DNA of 64,000 nt from Candidatus Bathyarchaeia archaeon (lineage in GTDB: Archaea; Thermoproteota; Bathyarchaeia; Bathyarchaeales; Bathycorpusculaceae). The DNA is taken from contig JBEKOM010000001.1 of the NCBI GenBank assembly GCA_049521795.1, positions 160,001 through 224,000 on the forward strand, read 5' to 3'. Below the pieces are notes generated by a model. It had not been told where the DNA came from. It did not search any database and was given only the letters and a program-made list of their open reading frames with translations. A program made the translations under genes and the position numbers. This document shows, one piece after another, positions 28,798 to 38,614 of the stretch (the first letter of the stretch is position 1; each line of letters opens with the position of its first letter).

Positions 28798-31344
28798 TCA
28801 AAACTTGCATATCTTGTAGAAGAACACTTTTCCGGCATCCACAAGAAACAGATAGGTAACTGTCATAAGTGCGACTACAACCCAGAATTCGGCTGGAAGC
28901 GGCACCATTCCCAGGAAACCGCCGAAAGGTGTGAATGGCAATATGGTTCCGAACGCGACGAACCCTATTATGAATCCTGCCAGCCACTTCCCTGGACGGC
29001 TTGTGAGGAACGGGATGCGCCTGGTCCTGATGACGAACATGATCAAGACTTCGGTCCAGAATGATTCTACGAACCATGCACTTTGGAACAGTGCTGCCAG
29101 GTGGTTACCAGGTGCAGCTGTTCCGGCCCAACATCCGAAGACGAAAAGCATGATGCCGTAGGTAAGAAAGTCATAGACTGAACTGAATGGCCCGAAGAAG
29201 ATTGTGTACTTGCGCACGAAGCCTATGTCCCACTTCCTTGGCGTTTTGGTGTACTCTTCATCAACGTTGTCAGTCGGTATCGTCATGTTCGACATGTCAT
29301 ACAGAAGGTTCATGAAGAGTATCTGAATCGGCAACATTGGGAGAAATGGAAGGAAGATAGAGGCTGCTGCGGCGCTGAACATGTTTCCAAAGTTCGAACT
29401 CGTTCCCATCAGAACATACTTTATCGTGTTACCGAAGATCTTTCTGCCCTCGTTAATACCGTCTACTAGCACTGGCAAATCCTTTTCCAGAAGCACAATG
29501 TCCGCCGCGTCTTTGGAGACATCAACCGCTGTGTCGACTGATATGCCCACGTCTGCTTCGTAGAGGGCTGGAGCATCATTCACTCCGTCGCCCATGAAGC
29601 CCACCACATGCTTGTTCTCCTTTAGGGCTTTGATAATGTCCAGCTTCTGTTCTGGGGTGATCCGAGCGAAAATTGTGGTCTCTTCTGCTACCTTTCTAAT
29701 TTCAGTCGAGCTCATCTGCGTCAATTCTGAGCCAGACACTATTTTTCTGCAGGGGACATCTACTTCCTCACATATTTTTCTCGCCACGAGCTCGTTGTCC
29801 CCTGTGAGTATCTTGACTTCAACTCCCATCTCCTTCAGCTTCGTGATCGCTTGATGGGCATCTTGCTTACCGGGGTCAGTGAATACGAGGAGGCCAAGAA
29901 ACGTCAAGTTCGCCTCGTCTTCAACCGTGTACGCTTTTTTCTGCTCTATGCTTCGACATGCAATTGCTAATACACGGTATCCCTGCATTGAAAGATCGGA
30001 GAACTTGGTGCGAATTGACTCTGAAACGTCGCGTATTGGTTCCTTCTTACCTAGAGTCTCAGAGTAGTCACATCTGGAGAGAACTGATTCTGGGGCACCC
30101 TTAGTGATGAGGATGAAATCGCTGTCCTTTCTAACTACCACCGACATCATTCTTCGTTGGTAGTCAAATGGGATCTCGCCCATCCTACAGTAGGATGTCA
30201 CACCTTCTTGCCCGCCATTCTTGATGGCGTACTCCCAGATCGCCACGTCCATTGGGTTGCCAGTGATCTTTTCCCCTAGGACCGCGGTGTTGCAGAGCAG
30301 CGAATAGGGGATGATCCTAGGATCTTTGTCTTCACTAGGCGAATAGTAGTCCTTTAAGGAGATCTTACCCTCCGTGAGCGTCCCAGTTTTGTCAGTGCAC
30401 AGGACATCCATGTTGCCGAAGTCCTCTATCGAAACTAGGCGTTTCACGATGACCTTCAGCTTCGACATATTCCTCGCCCCTTGAGAGAGGCTGATCGTCA
30501 CGATGGCAGGCATCAGCTCGGGTACGAGCCCCACGGCGACTGCCAGAGAGAAGAGCAGAGAATTGACCATGTTATGACCAAGGGCAGCGTTAATTGCGAA
30601 TATTCCCAATACGAGCGCAAGGGTAAGCGTAAGAAGCATGTTTCCATAACCCCTCACGCCCTTTTGAAATGGTGTTTCAGGGTGGGTTCGGATTAGGCTC
30701 CTGGATATGGCTCCGAACTCCGAGTTTTTTCCGGTCGACGTGACGATGCCTCGACCGCTCCCGTTTGCCACCACGCTGCCCATGAACATGCAGTTTGTCA
30801 ACTGCTGAGGCGTGGGGTGCTGAACATCGAGGCTTTCAGAGGTCTTTTCAACAGGAAAAGATTCTCCAGTGAGTGTTGCCTCATTCACGTGAAGGTCTGT
30901 GGATTCCACTATCCTGATGTCAGCTGGGACGATGTCTCCCACGTAGAATGAGACAAGGTCACCCGGAACAAGAAGCCTCGATTCAATTTCGGAAGGCTTA
31001 CCGTCTCTTATGACGACAGCCCTGATAGATACACGCTTCTGAAGGGCACGAACGGTCTTCTCAGCTCTGTACTCGTTGACGAAGCCCAAGACCACGGCTA
31101 TAACAATCATCAAAAGTATTGATATTGCCTGATCAATAGTGGCGAAGAGCCATGATACAGCGGCACATGCGATTAGAATAACGAATATTGGATTCCTGAA
31201 TTGTCTAATAAGAATCGGAGCCCAGCCGAATTTCGATCTTTCCAGCTCGTTGTATCCGTATGTCTCCAGACGCCGTTGAGCTTCTTGTTCAGACAGACCC
31301 TTTTCATTGGTTTCAAGGGAATGGTAGGCATCCGCAGGGGACAT
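28798..31344 (-). CDS. mgtA: Magnesium-translocating P-type ATPase
   Basis: [59 protein letters not shown]. Confidence 0.92.
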   Translation of the reverse strand: MSPADAYHSLETNEKGLSEQEAQRRLETYGYNELERSKFGWAPILIRQFRNPIFVILIACAAVSWLFATIDQAISILLMIVIAVVLGFVNEYRAEKTVRALQKRVSIRAVVIRDGKPSEIESRLLVPGDLVSFYVGDIVPADIRIVESTDLHVNEATLTGESFPVEKTSESLDVQHPTPQQLTNCMFMGSVVANGSGRGIVTSTGKNSEFGAISRSLIRTHPETPFQKGVRGYGNMLLTLTLALVLGIFAINAALGHNMVNSLLFSLAVAVGLVPELMPAIVTISLSQGARNMSKLKVIVKRLVSIEDFGNMDVLCTDKTGTLTEGKISLKDYYSPSEDKDPRIIPYSLLCNTAVLGEKITGNPMDVAIWEYAIKNGGQEGVTSYCRMGEIPFDYQRRMMSVVVRKDSDFILITKGAPESVLSRCDYSETLGKKEPIRDVSESIRTKFSDLSMQGYRVLAIACRSIEQKKAYTVEDEANLTFLGLLVFTDPGKQDAHQAITKLKEMGVEVKILTGDNELVARKICEEVDVPCRKIVSGSELTQMSSTEIRKVAEETTIFARITPEQKLDIIKALKENKHVVGFMGDGVNDAPALYEADVGISVDTAVDVSKDAADIVLLEKDLPVLVDGINEGRKIFGNTIKYVLMGTSSNFGNMFSAAAASIFLPFLPMLPIQILFMNLLYDMSNMTIPTDNVDEEYTKTPRKWDIGFVRKYTIFFGPFSSVYDFLTYGIMLFVFGCWAGTAAPGNHLAALFQSAWFVESFWTEVLIMFVIRTRRIPFLTSRPGKWLAGFIIGFVAFGTILPFTPFGGFLGMVPLPAEFWVVVALMTVTYLFLVDAGKVFFYKICKF

Positions 31345-31552
31345 GGACCAGCAGTCTTTCCGTGCATCGATTGTTTTCTCATTTGCCGTATTATTGAATC
31401 CGCCTCGACCATGACCACCTATCGCGCATAATGGGGTTTGTAGCTTCCATTACCACTAGAGACAGATATAGGCATTTCGCAACCGCGGGTACTGGTGCGT
31501 TATTGGGCGACCAAAAGCTATTTGACCAGAAGGACTAGTTTGTCGTAAGGAA

Positions 31553-31870
31553 GTGTGGACCTTGAAGACGGAGACCGTAAGAGGAACATCGACGAATGCC
31601 GTGCCTTGTGGACCTGTACGAAGGGGACGCCAAGACATTATCATGGGCATCCTGAGGATGGCGGAGTATGGAAGCACGAGAGCCAAGATGATTGACAAGT
31701 TAAAATTGAGTTCCGCTCAATGCAACAGATATCTCGTTGACCTGAAGGAAGCAGGCTACGTTGCTGAAGTCGGCCGCCTATGGGAAACAACCGACAAGGG
31801 GCGGCAAATTGTTGATGCGTGCAGGATCTGTCACAATCTTATGAGTCTGACAGCACTGCCTACGCGTTAA
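31553..31870 (+). CDS. Small winged-helix regulator (HTH_45-like), divergent from mgtA
   Basis: RRGRQDIIMGIL...TRAKMIDKLKLS..QCNRYLVDLKEAGYV...WETTDKG. Confidence 0.75.
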   Translation: MWTLKTETVRGTSTNAVPCGPVRRGRQDIIMGILRMAEYGSTRAKMIDKLKLSSAQCNRYLVDLKEAGYVAEVGRLWETTDKGRQIVDACRICHNLMSLTALPTR

Positions 31871-32637
31871 GCCGGCTCTTCATGGACGTCTATCCTGGTT
31901 ATCTTAGGGTAAGCAGTTCTGAGTGCTTTCTCAAGCTTGCTGGAGATTTCATGCGCTTTTTTTATGCCAAGTTCAGGCTCGAAACGACACTGAAGAGTCA
32001 AGTGTATGCCCTCGCCAGCTTTGCGGACTCTGATTCCCGAGACACTCCGGATTTCTGGAAATTGCTTCGCGACATGCGTAATGTATGATTCCAGCTCGGT
32101 TTCGACCCCTGCCAACTCTCTTGAGATGCGGTCTGATGCCGATTCGATGTGAACTGTTACTTCTGATATTTCCGGCTTCGTTATCCGTATCTTGCCCTCG
32201 ACTTGTTCAGCAACATCGTGCGCCTCTTTCACTGTCATGTTCGCGCTTACCTCCAGATGAAGGTCGACGTACAGTTTTCCGTCAATTCTTTGAATGTGAA
32301 TGTTGTGAACTCCCCTTGAACCCGGTGCATCTTCCGCCGCATCCTTCACGGCCTTCCAGACACCATTTTGGCCTGGTCCAATAGGTTCCGTGTCGACTGA
32401 AACCCGCGCATTGGGATACTCGTTTCTCACAACTCTTTCGATGTCAAGAGCAACCCCGTGCATATCCTCGCTTTTGAGGTCATTATCCAAGAACGCGTGA
32501 ACATCCACGTCAAGTCTTTTCCCACTTATTCGAACATCGAGGTGGCGAATCCCTCTGACCCGGTTTATAGCTTCAACTTTCTTTCGAATAACTTTGGCAA
32601 TCTCTTCCTTAGATCGCTCAACCAGTGGAAGGGGCAA
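31867..32637 (-). CDS. Soluble protein of three tandem CDF cytoplasmic (ZT_dimer) domains, no TM domain
   Basis: Three repeats of the GV.gvH.lrvR..G..lyVDlH...AH.ia..ie..i.....v.VH.EP pattern. Confidence 0.8.
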   Translation of the reverse strand: MPLPLVERSKEEIAKVIRKKVEAINRVRGIRHLDVRISGKRLDVDVHAFLDNDLKSEDMHGVALDIERVVRNEYPNARVSVDTEPIGPGQNGVWKAVKDAAEDAPGSRGVHNIHIQRIDGKLYVDLHLEVSANMTVKEAHDVAEQVEGKIRITKPEISEVTVHIESASDRISRELAGVETELESYITHVAKQFPEIRSVSGIRVRKAGEGIHLTLQCRFEPELGIKKAHEISSKLEKALRTAYPKITRIDVHEEPA

Positions 32638-32804
32638 AGTTGAACCTCACTAGGATTCTTAGACTCTGAAATATATAGCTGTTCACAGCGGGCGGCCCTT
32701 CAGACTACGCGATGGTTTGCGTTTCCGGCTCAACGCCGTTTCCACATGCAAGTGAAGATGTCTCGAGGGAATTCTTGCTTAGCGCTCCCGTTCGCTTTAA
32801 GGTT

Positions 32805-33182
32805 CTAGAAGAGTTCGATCCAGATTCCGTCTGGGTCTTCTATGTAGGCCCATCGGCTACCGTCTGCTTTGATTTCTAGGATAGTCTTATACCCTGCTCT
32901 TTTCGCTTCTTCCAAGGCCTTGTCTAGATTGTCCACGTTGAAGGCAAGATGGTCTAACCCTTCTCCCACAACGTATTTCGCGTTAAACGGGCTGTCTTTT
33001 TCGTAGTAGTTGAGTTCCAGGGTAAAACCGTCTTTCTCGCTTTCGAGGCCGACGGTTTCGCCTTTGGTTTGGTCAATCTTGCCCCGACCTTTAACCTTCA
33101 TGCCAAGCACTTTCGTGTAAAAATCAATGGACATTTCCAGATTCGTTACTCTTATTCCGGCGTATGTGAATTTGGACTTCAT
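32805..33182 (-). CDS. VOC/glyoxalase-family protein
   Basis: GIRVTNLEMSIDFYTKVLGM...LELNYY...LDHLAF...EDPDGIWIEL. Confidence 0.92.
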   Translation of the reverse strand: MKSKFTYAGIRVTNLEMSIDFYTKVLGMKVKGRGKIDQTKGETVGLESEKDGFTLELNYYEKDSPFNAKYVVGEGLDHLAFNVDNLDKALEEAKRAGYKTILEIKADGSRWAYIEDPDGIWIELF

Positions 33183-33376
33183 AGGGATCGCTTATTCGTG
33201 TGGCAGAGCTTTCATATATCATTACCTGATAGGCTCAATCACGACTTTCACAACCAATGACATCTGCCAAACAGCTGGAACTAAGGGGTTTTTGACATGG
33301 TATTTTTGCCTTGACACACAGCTAATTAACCAGTGCGCTGACTTTGATGCGGACAAGAAACCCTTGGAGGTAAGGA

Positions 33377-33796
33377 ATGGCACTGAGCGCCTTTGACGAC
33401 AAGTCGAGACAGCCACGGGATCGTGATTTAGCGGCAACGCTTGGGAGTACGTTCGTCTTTTGGAGCGAGTTGAAAAGCCTCATGGCTTCGAGGTTTGCCC
33501 CTCTGTCGATAGAATGGGGATTCGCAAGTAAAAAAACGGGGTGGGGATTACGGCTCAAGCGAGAGAAGCGAACCATTCTCTACATGACACCCTGCAAAGG
33601 TTACTTCGTTGCCTCCTTCGCCTTAGGTGAGAAGGCCGTGAAGGCAGCACGTGAGAGCGATTTGCCTGTTTCGGTTCTGGAGATCATCGACAACGCAAAG
33701 AAGTACGCTGAGGGCAGAGGTGTGAGACTTGCAGTCAGAAGCGCCGAGGATGTTCGCAACGTTGAAAAGCTTGCGGTCATCAAAATGGCGAACTAA
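33377..33796 (+). CDS. DUF3788-like protein
   Basis: EWGFASKKTGWGLRLK...RTILYMTP...YAEGRG...KLAVIK. Confidence 0.75.
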   Translation: MALSAFDDKSRQPRDRDLAATLGSTFVFWSELKSLMASRFAPLSIEWGFASKKTGWGLRLKREKRTILYMTPCKGYFVASFALGEKAVKAARESDLPVSVLEIIDNAKKYAEGRGVRLAVRSAEDVRNVEKLAVIKMAN

Positions 33797-33889
33797 CCTT
33801 AGCTTCAACGGACATCACACGTTTGGTCATGAGAGCGCGATAGCGCGCGATGAAACCATATTATCAATAGTTGAAGAATAGCGAATTGA

Positions 33890-34267
33890 ATGAAAGGTAG
33901 GTCGATAACTTCGAAACCGGAACATTACAGAGTAATGAGAGCGTACAAATCTCCGTATCCTGATCCGATAATTTTCCGAAAAGGAGAAAAAGTCACAGTT
34001 GGTCAAGAATTCAAGGGAGATCCTGATTGGATAAATTGGGTTTGGTGCGAAGGAAACAGCAAGAAGGCTTGGGTTCCAAGGCAATATATCACTATCGATG
34101 GCGCGAATGGAGTGTTCAAGAAAGACTACAATGCCATGGAGTTAAGTGTCAAGGTTGGAGAAGAATTGGTTGTTCATGAAGTTGTCAATGGCTTTGGAAT
34201 GGCAGAAAAACTAGACGGAACAAAAGGCTGGGTGCCAATGAGAAATCTGGAGATTGAGGAACAGTAG
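33890..34267 (+). CDS. Tandem SH3-like domain protein
   Basis: YKSPYPDPIIFRKGEKV...WVWC....AWVPRQY and DYNAMELSVKVGEEL...GWVPMRNL. Confidence 0.8.
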   Translation: MKGRSITSKPEHYRVMRAYKSPYPDPIIFRKGEKVTVGQEFKGDPDWINWVWCEGNSKKAWVPRQYITIDGANGVFKKDYNAMELSVKVGEELVVHEVVNGFGMAEKLDGTKGWVPMRNLEIEEQ

Positions 34268-34503
34268 GCATCCTAGCACACGCTATTTCATGAGAAATGG
34301 TTGAGCAGTACTTGAAAAACGCTAAGAAGTGTCAATTGTAGCAAATTGAAAGGCGTGCGCTGTCTGGTTAATCAACTGATCAATTAATGCCGTTCTTAGC
34401 GAAATATCAGGTATATTGTGAAAACCCAGAACTGAAAAATTGTACTCCGGCAATCTCCTTTTCGTCTCTGGCCAGTGCAGGAGCCAGCGTTGCGCGTGCT
34501 TGG

Positions 34504-35430
34504 TCATTCTTTTGTCAGCGCCTTTGCTGGAATGAGCAGCAGGTTTTGCGCGATGAGGTTTGCAATTAGTGGTGGGAGTATCTGCGGGCCAAATGCCGTA
34601 AGGCCCACAACTAGGGAGAGGGCTGCGTTTTTCACTGTCGTCGCGATCTCAATTGATACTGCTTTCTTGTGGCCGAAGCTCCTAGTGAGAAAATGGGTTA
34701 ACGTCCAAGCAAGCGCAAGGATTCCAAGCATGAAAGCGTTCAAGAGTACAAACTCAGCAACGTTATCTCTTACGTACTCTACTCCTGGCGCTACGGACCC
34801 CCAAACTAAGAGAGCGAGTATGCACAGTTCCGCTTTAGAGCTGAAATGGTCGACTCTGTTCCAGTCAAGGTGGACAAATCTCCTCACTAGGAAGGAGGCG
34901 ATCAATGGAACCAGGATTATTTCTGCCAGATTCAACATCATGCTTGCAACGTCAATGTTGACGAATGTGCCGATAGCAATCAGCATTGTTGCAGGCACCG
35001 TGATTATCGAAAGCAGGTTTGTGGTTATGCTCATGACTAGGGCGGTGGCGACGTCTCCTTTGAAAGCCTTGGCCCAGAAAGCAGAAACGATCGCAGATGG
35101 GCAGCAGAGTGCGAGGATGATCCCGGCGAAAACGATGGATGAGGTAAAGGGTTTTGCGGAAAGCGCCAGCAGAGGCATTAGGACGAACACTGCGAACAAG
35201 CCCGTAACTATGACTGGATAATTCCTCATTGCATGTGCGATTTCGTTCGGTTCTATGCTTAGCGTGACGAAGAACATCAAAAACATCAGCAAGACAGACA
35301 GGTACGGTTTCCAAATCACTCCGATCTGCGGAAGAGAGAAGCCCAACGCTATGCTTAGAACTATAATTGACAGCGCCGAGTATCTGCTGATGAGAGCGCT
35401 CATGTGATTGAGGCTTCCAAGAGAGGTCAA
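34504..35430 (-). CDS. Bile acid:sodium symporter family transporter
   Basis: About 9-10 TM segments; ALCCPSAIVS, GDVATALVMS, SIEIATTVKNAALS. Confidence 0.85.
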   Translation of the reverse strand: MTSLGSLNHMSALISRYSALSIIVLSIALGFSLPQIGVIWKPYLSVLLMFLMFFVTLSIEPNEIAHAMRNYPVIVTGLFAVFVLMPLLALSAKPFTSSIVFAGIILALCCPSAIVSAFWAKAFKGDVATALVMSITTNLLSIITVPATMLIAIGTFVNIDVASMMLNLAEIILVPLIASFLVRRFVHLDWNRVDHFSSKAELCILALLVWGSVAPGVEYVRDNVAEFVLLNAFMLGILALAWTLTHFLTRSFGHKKAVSIEIATTVKNAALSLVVGLTAFGPQILPPLIANLIAQNLLLIPAKALTKE

Positions 35431-35596
35431 TATAGCCTTCTCAGAGGTAATTAAAGTTTAATAGCTGAACATTTTCAATCAAGAGCTAATAATGTGCGGT
35501 GAGAAGGGAGATGGGTTAGAGTGCCTCAGCATATCCGAGTGATATCTCGTATTTCATTAAATTCACCATCGTGTATAGTCTCGGGGAGGCCTTACT

Positions 35597-36997
35597 GTGG
35601 ATAAGAACTCTTCTGACCAGGCAAAGGAACTGTCAGTCAAGGCAGTTGAGGCGATAGGAAAAGACGTTGAATACGCGGACGTACTCTGTGAAAAAGCTGA
35701 AGGTGTCTCTGTGGCTAAAGATAATGCTGAGGAACGCGTTTCGACGCCTGCGGCTTTTCAGGGCGTTGTCCTCAGAGCTTACAAACTGGGACAATGGAGA
35801 GAGACAAGCACTTACGATCTTTCTGCAGCAAACGTGGTGAAAATGGCGAGGAAACTTGCCCGGTTCGAACCGCTGTCTAGGAATTCCGTCAAACTGCAGG
35901 AACTCAGGCCTTGGAAACTGGATGAAGAGTTGAACGTAAAGATCAGCCCTTCTGAAGTGGATGTTGAAGAGAAGCTCAAGCACGTTCGAAGGCTTCACTG
36001 TGAGGTCGTGAGCCACGACAAGAGGGTCGTTAACGCAAGAGTCCACTACTCGGACACCGTGTTGGAGAGGGTTTTTGCAAACACCGAAGGCAGCTTGTTG
36101 CGGCAGGTCGTTCCGCGGATATCTCTTCAAATCTTACCGATCGTCAGAGAATCGGGCAAGATGGATTATGATTATCTGTCCTGTGGAGGAACTGCGGGGT
36201 TTGAAACTGTGAAGGACTTGGAAGAAAAGTCTGTGAAGGAAACTGTGGACAGTTCGATCAGCCTCTTGAAGGCTTCCGCTCCGCCCTCAGGACATTTCAA
36301 GGTGATTCTTGACCCAGGGATGACGGGGACGTTTGCGCACGAATCCTTTGGACATGGTTGTGAAGCTGATCAAATTGTTAGGAAAAGGTCGTATCTGGTG
36401 CCGTATTTTGGTAAGCGCCTCGGATTCGAGAAACTGAACATCTGTGATGATGGAACGCTTCCGGGCGGAAACGGCTCCTTCCTTTTTGACGATGAAGGGG
36501 TGAGAAGCAAGAAGAACTACATCTTGAAGAGCGGCATTCTCAAGGGTTTTCTGCACGAGAGATACTCAGCATCGTTGATGAAGGCTGAGCCAACGGGGAA
36601 CGGAAGAAGAGAAAGCTTTCTCCGCAAACTCTTTGTTCGCATGACTAACACGTACGTTGAGCCAGGCGACTACAGCCTTGACGAGATGGTAGAAGAGATC
36701 GACCACGGCGTTATGTTCGCGCACTCTTTTTCAGGAATGGAGGACCCGCTTGCAGGCGGAATGGAGCTGAAGTCCAAAAAAGGCTACGTGATAGAAAAAG
36801 GAAGAGTGAGCAGAGTTCTTTCAATGCTTACGCTGACCGAAAACGTTCCTGATTTCATCGCGTCAATAGACGCCGTAGGAAAGAAGGAACAGTTTGACAT
36901 GGAGCAGGGAACCTGCGGCAAAGGTTACGAAGATATGGTACCGGTCGGAGACGGCGGCGTTTACATCAGAGCCGAAGCAGTGGTGGGCCAAGGATGA
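35597..36997 (+). CDS. tldD: TldD metalloprotease subunit
   Basis: FAHESFGHGCEAD, FDDEG, TGNGRRES, RMTNTY, GTCGKG. Confidence 0.92.
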   Translation: MDKNSSDQAKELSVKAVEAIGKDVEYADVLCEKAEGVSVAKDNAEERVSTPAAFQGVVLRAYKLGQWRETSTYDLSAANVVKMARKLARFEPLSRNSVKLQELRPWKLDEELNVKISPSEVDVEEKLKHVRRLHCEVVSHDKRVVNARVHYSDTVLERVFANTEGSLLRQVVPRISLQILPIVRESGKMDYDYLSCGGTAGFETVKDLEEKSVKETVDSSISLLKASAPPSGHFKVILDPGMTGTFAHESFGHGCEADQIVRKRSYLVPYFGKRLGFEKLNICDDGTLPGGNGSFLFDDEGVRSKKNYILKSGILKGFLHERYSASLMKAEPTGNGRRESFLRKLFVRMTNTYVEPGDYSLDEMVEEIDHGVMFAHSFSGMEDPLAGGMELKSKKGYVIEKGRVSRVLSMLTLTENVPDFIASIDAVGKKEQFDMEQGTCGKGYEDMVPVGDGGVYIRAEAVVGQG

Positions 36998-38391
36998 GCG
37001 AAATCAACTCGATCCAGAAAATTCTGAGAGAAGAACGCATAGACCAATGGGACATCTACGTTGAAACCGCCGAAGAATACGATGTTCAACTCCGCAACTT
37101 CGACGTCGAAACTGTAAGGGGTCCGATAACAAACTCGGGCTACGCTGTCAGAGTAATAAAACCAAAGGGCAAGAAAGTCGGAATCGGTATCGGAAGTGGA
37201 AATTCCCTGCGACCCGCGCACATAAAGAGATGTCTAGAGACTGCTTCCATCGGAGCCAGAATCACTGAATACCCAGGTTACACACTGCCAAAACCTGCAA
37301 AGTATCCGACAGCGAAGGTCGCTGATCCCAGGATTACTGCAGACGCCGAGACAGTCGTCAAAGACAAGACTGAGGAGCTGATTTCACTCCTAAGAAAGTC
37401 AAAAACGGTTCTGCCAACGTTCGGGAAGGTTCGAACCTACAACGTGTCAACCGTGATCCGCAACAGCGAGGGAGTGCACGCGGAGAAAAGAGAAACCTTC
37501 TTCTACATCGAGCTAGCGCTGAAAGCGGAACACGAAGGAAAGCTTGCAGAATATTGGCCAATGCATATTGTCAGAAAAGCGGACGACTTGCACCTGAGCG
37601 AGGAGATTCCAAAATGGGTGAAGCTTGCTGAAGACGCCCTGAAGGCGAAGGTTCCAAAAACCTTGAAGACAGCAGTTATCTTTCATCCTCAAATCCTCGG
37701 AAACATACTCCCTAGCACCGTGGGCTTTCACTGTCTCGGATCCTCCGTTTTCAGAGGAATCTCCAGGTTCAAAAAAGGAGAACAAGTAGGCTCTAAGGAA
37801 CTCACCGTCCACGATGATGGAGTCTTCGATTACGCCCTTGGGTCCTCGAACTTCGACGACGAGGGAACACCCCAATCAAGAACGACCCTCATCGAAAAGG
37901 GAATACACAACAGTTTTCTCTACGACGCAATGTATGCGGCCGTTTTTAACGTTAACTCAACTGGGAACGGCCAAAAGCTCCCAGCGTTTTCACTTGCATT
38001 CACAAGAGTTGACCTCAAGTACGCAATGCTACCTTCTGTGCAGCCGACGAATATTCGCGTCGAACCCGGAGACATGAGTTTAGACGAGATGATCGAAACG
38101 ACGAAGGAAGGGATCTACCTGGAACAACTGTCCAGTGGTGGTTCCGATTCTGTCACCACCTCTTTCGGTTCGGAGATTAGAAACGCGTACCTCATCAAGA
38201 AAGGAGAACTCGCAACACCGCTGAAAGGCGGCCAGATCAACGGATTCCTCCTCGACAGCCAAGACACGAAAGGTCACAAAACAAGCGGTCTGTTCAATCA
38301 AATCTCCGGCATCTCCGACAAAGCCCAAATCTCCGGCAGATGCATAACACCTCACATCAGATTTGAAGATGTCCAAATAGCCGGCAAATAG
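36994..38391 (+). CDS. pmbA: TldE/PmbA subunit
   Basis: NSEGV, FDDEGTP, STGNG, TNIRVEPGD; lacks HExxxH; ATGA overlap with tldD. Confidence 0.88.
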   Translation: MSEINSIQKILREERIDQWDIYVETAEEYDVQLRNFDVETVRGPITNSGYAVRVIKPKGKKVGIGIGSGNSLRPAHIKRCLETASIGARITEYPGYTLPKPAKYPTAKVADPRITADAETVVKDKTEELISLLRKSKTVLPTFGKVRTYNVSTVIRNSEGVHAEKRETFFYIELALKAEHEGKLAEYWPMHIVRKADDLHLSEEIPKWVKLAEDALKAKVPKTLKTAVIFHPQILGNILPSTVGFHCLGSSVFRGISRFKKGEQVGSKELTVHDDGVFDYALGSSNFDDEGTPQSRTTLIEKGIHNSFLYDAMYAAVFNVNSTGNGQKLPAFSLAFTRVDLKYAMLPSVQPTNIRVEPGDMSLDEMIETTKEGIYLEQLSSGGSDSVTTSFGSEIRNAYLIKKGELATPLKGGQINGFLLDSQDTKGHKTSGLFNQISGISDKAQISGRCITPHIRFEDVQIAGK

Positions 38392-38614
38392 CCAATCCTT
38401 ATCAACCGGTGAGAATTGGCCGCCATGTGGACGCTTCTCCCGCAATTCATCTATCGTCCCCGTTTCAGCAAAGCCTAGTGAGGCGCTCTGGGGAAAGGTA
38501 CGAAACGGTGCAGTAGTGTTCTTAGGTGACTGCGCAGCTGAGCATTGTCACGGTAGCTATTTATTTTGGGCCTCTGCTTGTTCAGCTTCTGCTCAATGGA
38601 ATTGGGTGGGTCGT

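Noticed and set aside
33319-34378. Imperfect 15-bp inverted repeats (CAGCTAATTAACCAG at 33319; CTGGTTAATCAACTG at 34364) flanking DUF3788 and SH3 genes
   Set aside because: Only 13/15 identity in AT-rich promoter-like sequence, with no transposase or evident target duplication; may be chance.
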